Shown: positions 30,579 to 40,845, counted from the first letter of the stretch. The stretch is DNA of 64,000 nt from an uncultured cyanobacterium (GCA_963706595.1 OY970166.1:3712001-3776000); one strand, 5' to 3'. Program-made: numbers and translations. The notes: generated from the letters alone by a model not told the origin.

Positions 30579-31571
30579 ATGGTTGATCTATTTTATCCTT
30601 TTGATTGGCTGGCGACCCAAATTGTAACTGGACTCTTAGGATTATCTATAGAATCTCAACTAGGGTCTAGTTTACATTTCTTTTTCTATGATGTGCCAAA
30701 AGTTTTAACGTTGCTGCTGGTAATTAGCTTTGTAATTGGTGTTTTACAAAGTTTCCTATCACCAGATCAAGTCCGGCACTTTCTTGCAGGAAAACGCACT
30801 TTTTCAGGGAATATTTTAGCAGGAATGTTGGGGGCAATTACTCCCTTTTGTTCCTGTTCCGCCGTACCATTATTTATTGGCTTTTTAAAAGCAGGTGTTC
30901 CCCTGGGGGTAACATTCTCCTACCTGATTTCTGCACCGATGGTAGATGCGATCGCAGTATTTTTACTGTGGAGTTTATTTGGGCTGCAAGCAACTATCCT
31001 GTATGTTGTCTTTGGAGTCAGTTTGGCGATCGCCTCTGGATATATCATCGGATTACTAAAACTAGAAAAATGGGTTGAGCCATTCATCCTCAAGTCACGG
31101 GATGACTATCTTCCTGATGACAATGAGTCAGACTTAAGTTCATCTGCGTTAACCTGGAAGCAGCGATTGCAAGAAGCTCAATTTCAAGCTCTGGAAATTC
31201 TCAAATCGGTTTGGATTTATGTGGTAATTGGGATTGCTATTGGTGCTGGTATTCATGGCTATGCACCAACTGATTTGATTAGTCAGTGGGCGGGAAGAAG
31301 CAATCCATTTGCTGTCATCGTTGCAGTTTTGATGGGAGTACCCCTATATACCAATGTTGCTGGAGTTTTACCCATTGCGGAAGCTTTGGTAAATAAAGGT
31401 ATGCCTTTAGGAACTGTTTTATCATTCACAATGGCGGTGACAGCACTATCTCTACCACAAATGATTATTCTCAAAAGGGTGCTACGCCCTCAACTTTTAG
31501 CTGTGTTCATCGGTTTGACAACTCTAGGGATTATCAGCGTTGGCTACATATTCAACTCCATGATTATTTAA
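30579..31571 (+). CDS. ArsP/DUF318-family permease
   Basis: TPFCSCS motif, SLPQ..L, multiple TM segments. Confidence 0.88.
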   Translation: MVDLFYPFDWLATQIVTGLLGLSIESQLGSSLHFFFYDVPKVLTLLLVISFVIGVLQSFLSPDQVRHFLAGKRTFSGNILAGMLGAITPFCSCSAVPLFIGFLKAGVPLGVTFSYLISAPMVDAIAVFLLWSLFGLQATILYVVFGVSLAIASGYIIGLLKLEKWVEPFILKSRDDYLPDDNESDLSSSALTWKQRLQEAQFQALEILKSVWIYVVIGIAIGAGIHGYAPTDLISQWAGRSNPFAVIVAVLMGVPLYTNVAGVLPIAEALVNKGMPLGTVLSFTMAVTALSLPQMIILKRVLRPQLLAVFIGLTTLGIISVGYIFNSMII

Positions 31572-31601
31572 CTTACTTCCTGAAAATTGTGAAATCATAT
31601 C

Positions 31602-32117
31602 ATGTTTAAAAAACCAATTCAGACCATATTACTGGCATTTGCGATCTGCTTTTGCCTCTTGTTTGGTATTGGGCAAAATCCGACTATAGCAGCAACTCTC
31701 ACAGAGGCTGAATTGATATCTCCAGAAAGAATGCAAACTCTGCCTGAAACTAATTTAGAATCAGGAGTTGATAGCTTTCTGAAATCGATTCCAGCAGGCT
31801 ATTACACAATTGCCAATGTCGAAGAGTTGAAAAGCTTTTTAAAGAACCATCAAACCGTGTTGGTGGATGTGCGAGAAGCCTCTGAGTATCGGTCTGGACA
31901 TATACCTAACGCCATTAACATTCCCTTGCGAACCCTATCACACAATCTCAATCAGATTCCGCGCGATCGCCCTGTGGTGTTGTACTGTTCCTCTGGTTAT
32001 CGATCTGCAATGGGGGTAATGACTTTGCACCTGTTGGGCTACGAGAATGCACAGGGTTTTCCGCCTAGCTTTGTAGCTTGGAGAACAGCAGGCGAGGCGA
32101 TCGCCAAAAAGTCTTAG
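31602..32117 (+). CDS. Exported rhodanese-like sulfurtransferase
   Basis: Signal peptide, DVRE, GHIPNA, CSSGYR. Confidence 0.88.
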   Translation: MFKKPIQTILLAFAICFCLLFGIGQNPTIAATLTEAELISPERMQTLPETNLESGVDSFLKSIPAGYYTIANVEELKSFLKNHQTVLVDVREASEYRSGHIPNAINIPLRTLSHNLNQIPRDRPVVLYCSSGYRSAMGVMTLHLLGYENAQGFPPSFVAWRTAGEAIAKKS

Positions 32118-32728
32118 GATGTTGGGAGTAGGCAGTACAGGCAAAGAAACTGCGAAATCCCAGTCACCTTACCCAGAGATATACTAGAAATAGAGTACAA
32201 ACTGTTAGTGGGACTACAAAGCGGAGATGTTCCCAAAAAGTTAGTCTGTAACCTAACTCAGCAATTGCTTCTACAACTATGAGATTTGCAACTGCACCAA
32301 ATAAAGTTAAATTACATTCTTTTCCCAGCCATTGCAAAACCCAATATCTGAATACAGGGCGCTGAAATCCTCCAATATTCAGCCATTACAACTAATATTT
32401 GCATTTATGATATTTATACCTACTGCAAATATCTATATAATTTTGTTATATTAATTTGTGTAACGATTACATGGGAACCTGTCCAATGACAGATGACTTT
32501 AGTAAAATTTAAAGTATGTGAAGTTATCGATAAGATTAGATTATTACACTACCAATACTGCGAAATTGCGATTAACTTGATGTAGTAATAAATTAGATTC
32601 TGACATCAGCGGCTACGGTAACACCTATTGTAACTCAGTCAGGAAAGCATTTTTCCGGTAAAGGTAATTGCCACGTTGTATACATTCATCAGCAAGATGA
32701 ATACCCTCATTAATACAGAGGCTTAATC

Positions 32729-33106
32729 ATGAAGGTATTTGACAATACCACGAAAAGGTTTTTTTTGGCAAGCTGGGTATCGATTAATCAAACAGAGACT
32801 AGTCAAGCTCCTGTAACTCAGCTACACCATTCAGCTTCTCAGTCTCAGGGTGATTTTCTCCAACCCCTGCGGCGGAGGATAGAAAATATTCACATTAATA
32901 ATCGTCAACTAGCTCACCGCTTGTGCAAACTGATTCCGGCTCAATGTCCCTTTGAGCGCGATGTCAAATTATTCGGCAGAACACTGTTTCACATTCCGCC
33001 TATGTGTAAACTCAATCCCTTGTTTGAAGAAGTGGTTGGTTTACGCTTCCGAGCGCTGTGCTACCTTGCAGACGAATGTGGTGAAGATATATCGCAGTAC
33101 TGCTAG
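32729..33106 (+). CDS. Mo-dependent nitrogenase C-terminal domain-like small protein
   Basis: IPAQCPFER, IPPMCKLNP, LRFRALCYLADECG. Confidence 0.85.
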   Translation: MKVFDNTTKRFFLASWVSINQTETSQAPVTQLHHSASQSQGDFLQPLRRRIENIHINNRQLAHRLCKLIPAQCPFERDVKLFGRTLFHIPPMCKLNPLFEEVVGLRFRALCYLADECGEDISQYC

Positions 33107-33111
33107 ATAAA

Positions 33112-33185
33112 GAATCGATGAAGATGAATCGATGAAGAAGACGCGATGAATCGATGAAGAAGACGCGATGAATCGCGTCTCTACA
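33112..33185. repeat. Tandem amplification of a REP-like GACGCGATGAATCGCGTCTCTAC palindrome
   Basis: gaatcgatgaagaagacgcgat units ending in the full palindrome. Confidence 0.8.
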
Positions 33186-33232
33186 AGAGAGTTAGGAGTT
33201 GATAATTGACTCCTAATTTTTTTATTTGTAAT

Positions 33233-34423
33233 TTAATTTGTAATTTTTCTGCCTTGCCATTTTTGGATGGCTTCTTGAGCGTCTTCGTAAACTGCTGTCA
33301 CCTCTGGGACTAAAGTAGCCGTTTCAATTGCTGCTGCAATATTGCCTTGGTCAGATCGACTCTTGGCCAGTTCCAAAATTTTTTCACTCCATTCATTAAT
33401 AGATTGTTGGGCGCGATCAAATCCTGGTTGACCTGGTGGTACTCTTCTAGCGACTTCAATGGCACGATTATATGTTGATGCTTGTCCAGGTCGGATTAAG
33501 GACTGTGCTGCATCTAAAACAGTTATATTACCGACATATTGTTGAGCTTCTAGCTGCCATTGGCTAATTGCTGCTTGTGCTTGAGGATAAAGGTCTAGTT
33601 CTGGGGAAATTAATTGCGCCGCAGCAATGGCATTTGTATATTCTTGTTGCTTGGCACGTCCCTCTGCTAAATCTAGAATCATGCGACTCCAAATTTGAAT
33701 ATTGTCCTGAGCTTGTTCGTAGAGTGGTTCCCCTGGTTGAATTTTACTAGCAGTGGCGATCGCTAAGTTGAGATCACTAGCTTGAGTTTCTCTCAGAGAC
33801 ATTTTCGCTAAATCTAAAACTGCTTGATTCCGCTTTTGAGATTCAGAATTAGCAGCAATTTGGGCGCTAGATTGGTTTTTCCCTGAAGGACTTATTGGTA
33901 TTCTCTCGGAGGCAGAGTTAGCATTTGGCTCAGGGATAAGAGTAGTGGGTGATGGGGGTGGTATTTCTTTAACTTGCAAAAATATCGCCTGATTGCGGAG
34001 AACAACTACAGTAATTAAAGCTACTACCAACATACTGCCTCCACCCCAAAATAAAAACTGCTTCCACAACGGGTTATCTGCCTTATTCTTAGTCCAACGA
34101 GAAACTTCAGGTTGAGGCATATTGGGGATGAATCTCCCCCCTGTGGCCGTTTGGGGATTTGGCGGGTTTTGTTGGTTGAGGTACTGCTCTTTAGCCGAGC
34201 TAGAGAGTTGTTGTTCTTCTAACTCACCAATAGCTGGAATAAAGTTTGACAAATTCAGCGCTGGGGATTTACCACCCAGGGTAGTTTCTATACCTTGGGC
34301 TTCTCCCCAGATACTCGTGTTTTGCTTCTTAGTTAAATTGTTGGGGATAATTGCACCAAAAGAAGGCGCTGTCAGTGCCACAGCAAAGGTATCGTCTGGA
34401 AAAATCAGTGAGCTCGTTTCCAC
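33233..34423 (-). CDS. Membrane-anchored helical-repeat protein; probable C-terminal half of the caspase-like gene
   Basis: One TM segment, repeated AI..A..IP....Y..AQ..I..W units; overlaps the upstream ORF by 19 nt. Confidence 0.7.
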   Translation of the reverse strand: METSSLIFPDDTFAVALTAPSFGAIIPNNLTKKQNTSIWGEAQGIETTLGGKSPALNLSNFIPAIGELEEQQLSSSAKEQYLNQQNPPNPQTATGGRFIPNMPQPEVSRWTKNKADNPLWKQFLFWGGGSMLVVALITVVVLRNQAIFLQVKEIPPPSPTTLIPEPNANSASERIPISPSGKNQSSAQIAANSESQKRNQAVLDLAKMSLRETQASDLNLAIATASKIQPGEPLYEQAQDNIQIWSRMILDLAEGRAKQQEYTNAIAAAQLISPELDLYPQAQAAISQWQLEAQQYVGNITVLDAAQSLIRPGQASTYNRAIEVARRVPPGQPGFDRAQQSINEWSEKILELAKSRSDQGNIAAAIETATLVPEVTAVYEDAQEAIQKWQGRKITN

Positions 34424-35199
34424 TGGGTTCGTATGGTGCTGGGAGCTACTTCGTTGTGGCTTTGCACCTCAAACTTCGGCAATATTGCTTGTGGGTGAGA
34501 TGGAGATATCGTCACAGGGTTTTGTGTAGGTCGCCAATAGTGTTGACATAATTCGGGGGTGAGAATGCTTAAATAGCTGTCTAGATCAGTTAAGTTACTG
34601 GCATTACCAGAACGCAAAGCCTCTAATAATGCGGCAGTGAAGAATCCGTGACCTAATTCACTACTTTCATGGGAGAATTGGTCTGATTGGCAAGAAAGAA
34701 TTGCTGCCATTTGTAGTTCTTTGGCAAGTTCTATGGTTTCTGGCCCCACGGGACTATCTGCTTGTGTGCCAAAAGCACGGTTGATATCAAGCAGTAGCAG
34801 TGTATTAATTCCCGCCAATTGTAGACTTTGCATGAGCGATCGCACTTCGATGCCAGTTTCTTCTACTAATTCCGGGTTTCCTTCCACCGGCATTAAATAA
34901 TCTTGGCCTTTGTAACTGACCCCATAACCGCTAAAGAATAACCACAGATGGTCTTGTGGTTGCCAACAAGCTGCTGTCAAATCCTCCAGCAACATGAGAA
35001 TATTTTGCTTAGTGGGATAGGTGGATCTATCCCCAATTGGTGGGGAAGCAGCTGTCATCAACAGACAGCGTTGCTGTGCCAAACCTCCTTCTTGAACCAA
35101 AAAATTATTTAGCACCTCGGCATCTGCTTGAGCGCAACGTAAAGGTTGAAATAGCTGATATTGATTGATGCCGATTGTTACCGCCCAGTAATTTGCCAT
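34405..35199 (-). CDS. Peptidase C14 (orthocaspase) domain with substituted catalytic dyad
   Basis: IGINQY, FSGYG (His to Tyr), LDINR (Cys to Asn), HGFFT. Confidence 0.85.
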   Translation of the reverse strand: MANYWAVTIGINQYQLFQPLRCAQADAEVLNNFLVQEGGLAQQRCLLMTAASPPIGDRSTYPTKQNILMLLEDLTAACWQPQDHLWLFFSGYGVSYKGQDYLMPVEGNPELVEETGIEVRSLMQSLQLAGINTLLLLDINRAFGTQADSPVGPETIELAKELQMAAILSCQSDQFSHESSELGHGFFTAALLEALRSGNASNLTDLDSYLSILTPELCQHYWRPTQNPVTISPSHPQAILPKFEVQSHNEVAPSTIRTQWKRAH

Positions 35200-35398
35200 C
35201 CCGCTCTTTGTAGGTTGTTGTTTGATTGCCTAAAATTGCGGTTGGCTTTGCTGAAAAAACAAAGCTAACCTATGTCTTATACTCTTCGGGGAATATTATC
35301 GAGTTACTGAATTATAAGCAGTTTTTATTACAGTAAACTTAGATAATCATGCTTAGTAAAATTCCAATTACAAATCATCACTAAGGAGTTATCAGGTT

Positions 35399-35902
35399 AT
35401 GACCACTCGTATTACTCATCAACGATCATTGATCATTCCCTTTCCATTTATTGGCCAAATTGCCAAAAAGATCCGGAGATTTTCGTTAATTGTTTTACTT
35501 TTTTCGCCCATTTCTGTATGGATATTAACAGAAGCGATCGCACCCCAAATAGTTCGTGCTTATACCGCGAGAGTTGATTTGAAAATTGAGCGCATGGCAG
35601 ATGAAAGCTATGAAACCGTTCTCCGGAGAGCCGAAGCGGTTTCCAGGGCAGCCGCTCAACGTAGCTTTGACCAAGATATATTAGCGACAGATGTCTCAGT
35701 GATTGTCACGGTAGAAAGTTATGGAGCGATCGCACCAGTTTTGGCTTTAGAAGTTAGTCGCCAGCAATGGCGCACACGCCCTGATCCCAAACGTTGGGCA
35801 ACTTACTTCAAAACAGCGCGATCGCTCCTCTTGTTTGACACAAAACCAGCAATTCCCAATGCAAACCAACCAACCACTATGATTCCCCCAGCCGCCGAGT
35901 AA
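35399..35902 (+). CDS. Conserved cyanobacterial hypothetical exported protein
   Basis: Hydrophobic N-terminus; RRAEAVSRAAAQRSFD. Confidence 0.7.
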   Translation: MTTRITHQRSLIIPFPFIGQIAKKIRRFSLIVLLFSPISVWILTEAIAPQIVRAYTARVDLKIERMADESYETVLRRAEAVSRAAAQRSFDQDILATDVSVIVTVESYGAIAPVLALEVSRQQWRTRPDPKRWATYFKTARSLLLFDTKPAIPNANQPTTMIPPAAE

Positions 35903-36062
35903 GGAATGGGGAGTGGGAAGAAGCAGGGGAGCAGGGAGCAGGGAGCAGGGGGGAAGAAGCAGGGGAGCAGGGAGCAGGGAGCAGGGGGGAAGAAAATTAG
36001 TCAATCGTGGCGAATCCCCAAAGGCGATAAGGGGGAGCAGGGAGCAGGGAGTAGGGGGGAAG
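35903..36062. repeat. STRR (GGGAGCA)n array
   Basis: Tandem gggagca units with a higher-order duplication. Confidence 0.9.
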
Positions 36063-36162
36063 AAAATTCTCCATCTCAATCCCCAGTACCCAAGGACAAT
36101 CTATAAAGTTGAATTGATCGCTTAGAATAGGAAGGTTGTCAAGAATTGCGATATCCGCTACT

Positions 36163-36336
36163 ATGGCTGTTCCTAAGAAGAAAACATCAAAATCCAAACG
36201 AGATAAACGTCGAGCCACCTGGAGACATAAAGCTGTTGTTGAAGCTCAAAAGGCTCTTTCTCTGGGCAAGTCAATTTTGACTGGACGTTCTACCTTTGTC
36301 TATCCCACCACTGAAGAAGAGGAAACCGAATCATAA
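36163..36336 (+). CDS. rpmF: 50S ribosomal protein L32
   Basis: [20 protein letters not shown]. Confidence 0.97.
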   Translation: MAVPKKKTSKSKRDKRRATWRHKAVVEAQKALSLGKSILTGRSTFVYPTTEEEETES

Positions 36337-36576
36337 TTCCCTTGTTAGAAAAAGCCCCCTGCCAGATTTAGCAATACTGTATAAGCGCTTTTTTTTGGCT
36401 TTTCTCTGCGCGGAGCAAAGCGGAGCATGGGTACTCTTCCCCACCCTTTTAGGGCGCTTGAACTGGGGCAGAGTACAAGCTTCGTCTGGATGTTCTCCCT
36501 TGCTCCCGTTCGGCTACGCTCACGGCAAGCCTGCTCCCTGCTCCCCTGCTTCTTTTAACAGTAGTGGTTTTGGGCT

Positions 36577-37959
36577 TTAGCCGACAATTCGCTTCAAGGT
36601 TGATAACTTGTCTTTGTAGGGCGCATAACGCCAGTTTAAATCTAGCCAGAAGTAATTTTTTAACACACTTTTGTAATGGGAAAATGTGTCAAAACTAGAT
36701 TTACCATGATAGCTACCAATTCCACTATCACCGACACCACCAAAGGGTAAAGATGAGACACCAAATTGCATAACTGTGTCGTTGATGCAAACTCCACCCG
36801 ATGAGGTTGACTGTAAGACTTGTTTTTGCAGGTTTTTGTTTTGAGTAAATATGTATAAAGCTAAGGGTTTTGGTTTAGAGTTAATTAACGCGATCGCTTC
36901 TGTAATATCTGTATATTCAATTATCGGTAAAATAGGGCCAAAGATTTCCTCTTCCATGACGGAATCTGTTAAAGAAACATGGTCAAGTAAGGTAGGCGCA
37001 ATATAACGTTCTTCTGCGTTGGTTTCTCCGCCAATAACAATTTCCCCATCTTTGATGAAATTAGCTAACCTATCAAATTGTTTTTTACTAATAATCCTAG
37101 CATAATCTGGACTGGTTGCGGGATTATCTCCATAAAATTCCTTGAGGCATTTTTTCATCCCATCCAGCAAATCTTTTTTGATTTTTTGATCAACTAAAAG
37201 ATAATCAGGTGCAACACAAGTTTGTCCAGCATTAATAAATTTGCCCCAAACAATGCGTTTAACGGTGTATTCTAAATTAATTTCACTATCGATAATACAA
37301 GGGCTTTTGCCACCTAGTTCTAAAGTAACTGGTGTGAGGTGTTTAGCGGCTGCTTGCATGACAATTTTACCAATAGCTGTACCACCAGTAAAAAAGATAT
37401 GGTCAAATTTTTCTGCTAGGAGTTGTTGACTGGTTTCTACACCTCCTTCTACTACAGCAATATAATCTGGGTGAAAATGTTTACCAATTATTTGCGCTAC
37501 TAAACTGGAAGTATGGGGTGCAATTTCTGAAGGTTTGAGAATTGTACAATTTCCTGCGGCGATCGCACCGACTAAAGGTGAGATAATCAGTTGCAAGGGA
37601 TAATTCCAAGGACCAATAATTAAAACCACTCCTAGCGGTTCTGGATAAATTTTGGCTGAGTATTGAAAAAACGTCCAGGAGACTGCGGCTTTTTTCGGCT
37701 TTGTCCAATTCTTGAGATTTTTAATAGCGTCATCGATTTCATTAACTACACCAATTTCTGTAGCATAAGTCTCGAATTCCGGTTTATGTAAATCTGCTTG
37801 TAGGGCTGCAATGATTGCTTGTTTATTCTCAACTATTGCTTGTTTGAGAATTTTGAGTTGTTCCAGGCGAAATGTAATATCTTTTGTGTTTCCAGTCTGA
37901 AAAAATTCACGCTGCTTTTCAATAATTGCAGCCGCATCTAATATTTCATTAGTAATCAT
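36577..37959 (-). CDS. Aldehyde dehydrogenase (ALDH3-like)
   Basis: PWNYP, FTGG, LELGGKSP, GQTCVAP, EEIFGP. Confidence 0.95.
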   Translation of the reverse strand: MITNEILDAAAIIEKQREFFQTGNTKDITFRLEQLKILKQAIVENKQAIIAALQADLHKPEFETYATEIGVVNEIDDAIKNLKNWTKPKKAAVSWTFFQYSAKIYPEPLGVVLIIGPWNYPLQLIISPLVGAIAAGNCTILKPSEIAPHTSSLVAQIIGKHFHPDYIAVVEGGVETSQQLLAEKFDHIFFTGGTAIGKIVMQAAAKHLTPVTLELGGKSPCIIDSEINLEYTVKRIVWGKFINAGQTCVAPDYLLVDQKIKKDLLDGMKKCLKEFYGDNPATSPDYARIISKKQFDRLANFIKDGEIVIGGETNAEERYIAPTLLDHVSLTDSVMEEEIFGPILPIIEYTDITEAIALINSKPKPLALYIFTQNKNLQKQVLQSTSSGGVCINDTVMQFGVSSLPFGGVGDSGIGSYHGKSSFDTFSHYKSVLKNYFWLDLNWRYAPYKDKLSTLKRIVG

Positions 37960-38114
37960 ATTTTCTATTTTGTTATTTTTTATCCCTAGTATTACTATAA
38001 CAAAATATTTAAATGTTAATTTCGTAGTACCTAATAGATAAATAATTTCTATTGAAAATATGAATTACAAATTTCCTGAATTTTAAGTTTTATAAATCAT
38101 AATTTATCATTGGT

Positions 38115-39218
38115 TTATTCCTGTTTCATGGGTAAATCAATCTTGAAAACACTACCTTGACCTAATTCAGAATTTACTAGGATATTACCTTGATGTGCTT
38201 CCACAATGCGGCGAGAAAGGTACAATCCTAAGCCACTACCAGAACTGTTATGGCTTCCCTGACGAAATCTTTCAAATAACGTTTCTATTTCTTCAGGCGG
38301 AATCCCCATTCCTGTATCCGCTATTTTAATGTTAATCTTACTACTTATATTTTCTGTATTAAACCGGATATTCACTGACCCAGATTCAGTAAATTTGATG
38401 GCATTACCGATTAAATTTGTAAATAAACGATGCAGTTCTAAGCGATCGCCCATCATGATAGTTGTAGTTGAATCTTCAGACAAGTCCAGTTTGATAGCTA
38501 GAGCTTTTTCTTGTGCTAACGGTGTCAGTTCCCCAACGACATCTTTTAACAACTGCATTAAATCAACTTCTTGAAATACAAGGGTTTTGCGCCCTGCCTC
38601 AAAGCGGTAAACTTCTAATAAAGTATTCACCATAGATAGCAGGTTCAGATTACTGCGAGCCATAATGGTGATTACTTCTTCCATTTGTGGCGATAAGGTT
38701 CCCAAAGCACCTTCCCCAAACAGCGTTAACATTCGATCAGCTGCTATTAAAGGTGTGCGTAAATCGTGGGTTAGGCGAGAAACAAAATCTTGGCGCTGAC
38801 GGGCGATTTCATCACGTTCATCCATACTACGCTTCAACCGTAAGAGCGATCGCACCCTGGCGAGTAATTCATCTAATGTGACAGGTTTGCGGATAAAATC
38901 ATCAGCACCCAAGTCTAGCCCTTTAGCTACATTAGGCGCATCGTGGGCTGTAATCAGCAAGATGGGGATATATGGCTGAAACTTCGTATCTCCACGAATG
39001 CGTCTGGTGACTTCGTAACCATCCATTCCGGGCATCATTAAATCTAATAATACCAAGTCACAAGGTGATTTTTCCAGTTGTGCTAAGGCGCTCATACCAT
39101 TTTCTGCGGTGCTAATAATATAGCCTTCTCCCTCCAAAATCGTTTTGATCAAAAACACATTATCAGGGGAGTCATCGACAACCAGAATTTTGTCAAAGCG
39201 AGAAGATGGCGAAGTCAT
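38115..39218 (-). CDS. Hybrid receiver-histidine kinase
   Basis: REC (VVDD, DLMMP, KP), THDLRTP H-box, N/G1/F/G2 boxes. Confidence 0.95.
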   Translation of the reverse strand: MTSPSSRFDKILVVDDSPDNVFLIKTILEGEGYIISTAENGMSALAQLEKSPCDLVLLDLMMPGMDGYEVTRRIRGDTKFQPYIPILLITAHDAPNVAKGLDLGADDFIRKPVTLDELLARVRSLLRLKRSMDERDEIARQRQDFVSRLTHDLRTPLIAADRMLTLFGEGALGTLSPQMEEVITIMARSNLNLLSMVNTLLEVYRFEAGRKTLVFQEVDLMQLLKDVVGELTPLAQEKALAIKLDLSEDSTTTIMMGDRLELHRLFTNLIGNAIKFTESGSVNIRFNTENISSKINIKIADTGMGIPPEEIETLFERFRQGSHNSSGSGLGLYLSRRIVEAHQGNILVNSELGQGSVFKIDLPMKQE

Positions 39219-39339
39219 GGGGTATTGAGGTTTAGGGAAATCAGCGATCTTGTGGCAATGATATTATGCTTTTGTATAAGTTCTATCGTCAAGATTTTGG
39301 TGAACTCACAAGTCAGCGCTGGTGCGATCGCTTTCAACG

Positions 39340-39467
39340 AAGTAGGTAGGCGGGAAAATTTCAAGGTATGTCATTGCGAAAGGAGGGTAGCGGAGTGAAG
39401 CAATCGCAAGGGTTTTGAGTATTTCACATTTTGTTACATAGTTAGGTTTATTTGTGTCTACCTACTT
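39340..39467. mobile_element. MITE (TIR AAGTAGGTAG)
   Basis: aagtaggtag 39340-39349 / ctacctactt 39458-39467. Confidence 0.7.
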
Positions 39468-39576
39468 ACACAAATTGGACTGATAAATATTGTCCTGATG
39501 TTAATGGTTTTGCTAAACGTCCACCCAATAGATATAAAACCACATTTGTATCTATCAAAAATATAGCTGGTGTCAA
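39466..39576 (-). pseudogene. Truncated PIN/VapC toxin
   Basis: Manual translation MTPAIFLIDTNVVLYLLGGRLAKPL.. stops after 36 aa at the MITE edge; overlaps the upstream small gene's stop. Confidence 0.75.
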
Positions 39577-39788
39577 TGCCACTCATCCCTGATTTGCTGT
39601 TGATACTCTAACGGGTCTTGATTCAGTTTAATGACACCAGTATATTGGTTTAAATTCAACTCTTCTTTTTGTAGTAGCTGATAAGCTGCCAATATTTTTT
39701 CTATTTGTTGCCAATCTTGATAGTCAATCAAAACTGCTACCGGATGCATGGCTTCATCGGTGACAATTTTTTTCTTAAAAGGTAACAT
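39573..39788 (-). CDS. Putative VapB-like antitoxin
   Basis: 71 aa, ends DPLEYQQQIRDEW, translationally coupled to the PIN remnant. Confidence 0.65.
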   Translation of the reverse strand: MLPFKKKIVTDEAMHPVAVLIDYQDWQQIEKILAAYQLLQKEELNLNQYTGVIKLNQDPLEYQQQIRDEWH

Positions 39789-39855
39789 GATTTTTCAATT
39801 CAGATACAATGTTTCACTTTTTGATATTAACTCTAAAACAAATGTGCATTTACAC

Positions 39856-40845
39856 TCATTCTCTAGGAGTCAAATCATCTAAAACTTGCTGAAATTCTGC
39901 TGTAGAAGGAATGGCGATCGCTCTTTTCAGCAGCATTTTCAGTACAGAGGCATCTTCTATGCCATTGACAACAGACAAAATAGAATCTGGTACTTGTCCA
40001 AAGCGCGTTTCGAGAATGTCAATTACATTATCTCGACCCATTTGGATAACTCCTTGTTCAATCCCTTGTTCAATTCCTTGTTCAATTCCTTCTTGTTTTG
40101 CTAATCGTTCAATACTTGTTACGTACCGCATTCTACTGGCCTCCTCGTAACTTCTCAATTCTGTTTGAAAACTCAGTGCTAATTCTTCTGGTAATAACAT
40201 CACCCAGTCAATAAAGCGAAATAATTCCAGAACCTCTTCCCGACTGTAACCCCGTTGAAATAGCTGTCTGACTAAGCTTAACTTCCACTGTAACCGACTT
40301 TCTGGGTTTCGTTGCGTCGCTTTAGTCTTGAGATGCGCCATTACTATTATCCCAAAAGGGTTGGTAGTTTGTTCTAAAACTTCCCACATTTGTTCATAGT
40401 CTAAAAGTTTGGCGATGGGAAACTCTAAACTTACCCGACATCCCCCTAATTGATAGCTGTAGCTGGAAGGTCGCCAATTTGACTGTTCATCGGCTAAAAT
40501 AGCCAAGCTAATCACTGGCTTTTTGTGACGGTCAAACAAGCGGTAATTATAGGTATACATCCGTTCAGGAAATTTGCTGTCATATTGACCTTGAACTTCT
40601 ACATGAACCAATACCCAAGCTTCTTGACCATCAAGTAACCAAACTTTGGCTACTTTATCAACCCAACGCCGACCAATTTCGGCATCAGGTTCTAGTTGTT
40701 GTAATTCTGTATCCAGAAATTCATAAGGGCGTGTCCAGTCGATAGCAGCATAAGCTAGGGGGAAAAAGAATTCTAGAAATCTGGGAAAGTAGAGTTCAAT
40801 TACTTCTTTCCAAGGACTATCGTAATCGGTATATTGTTCTGTCAT
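39856..40845 (-). CDS. Rpn/YhgA-like PD-(D/E)XK nuclease with GIEQ repeats and DUF4351-like tail
   Basis: YDSPWK, D..HVEVQ, RMYTYNYR, (GIEQ)3, RFG helix bundle. Confidence 0.85.
   Translation of the reverse strand: MTEQYTDYDSPWKEVIELYFPRFLEFFFPLAYAAIDWTRPYEFLDTELQQLEPDAEIGRRWVDKVAKVWLLDGQEAWVLVHVEVQGQYDSKFPERMYTYNYRLFDRHKKPVISLAILADEQSNWRPSSYSYQLGGCRVSLEFPIAKLLDYEQMWEVLEQTTNPFGIIVMAHLKTKATQRNPESRLQWKLSLVRQLFQRGYSREEVLELFRFIDWVMLLPEELALSFQTELRSYEEASRMRYVTSIERLAKQEGIEQGIEQGIEQGVIQMGRDNVIDILETRFGQVPDSILSVVNGIEDASVLKMLLKRAIAIPSTAEFQQVLDDLTPRE

Noticed and set aside
32729..33106. Nitrogenase gene
   Set aside because: Only the small misnamed Mo-nitrogenase C-terminal-like domain; no nif genes in the window
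33112..33185. Regular repeats suggesting a CRISPR array
   Set aside because: Tandem units with no unique spacers
35747..36218. Several short ORFs (PCSLLP / GAGSRE repeats)
   Set aside because: Translations of STRR repeats; the same applies to 50344-50673, 50358-50543 and 14537-14746
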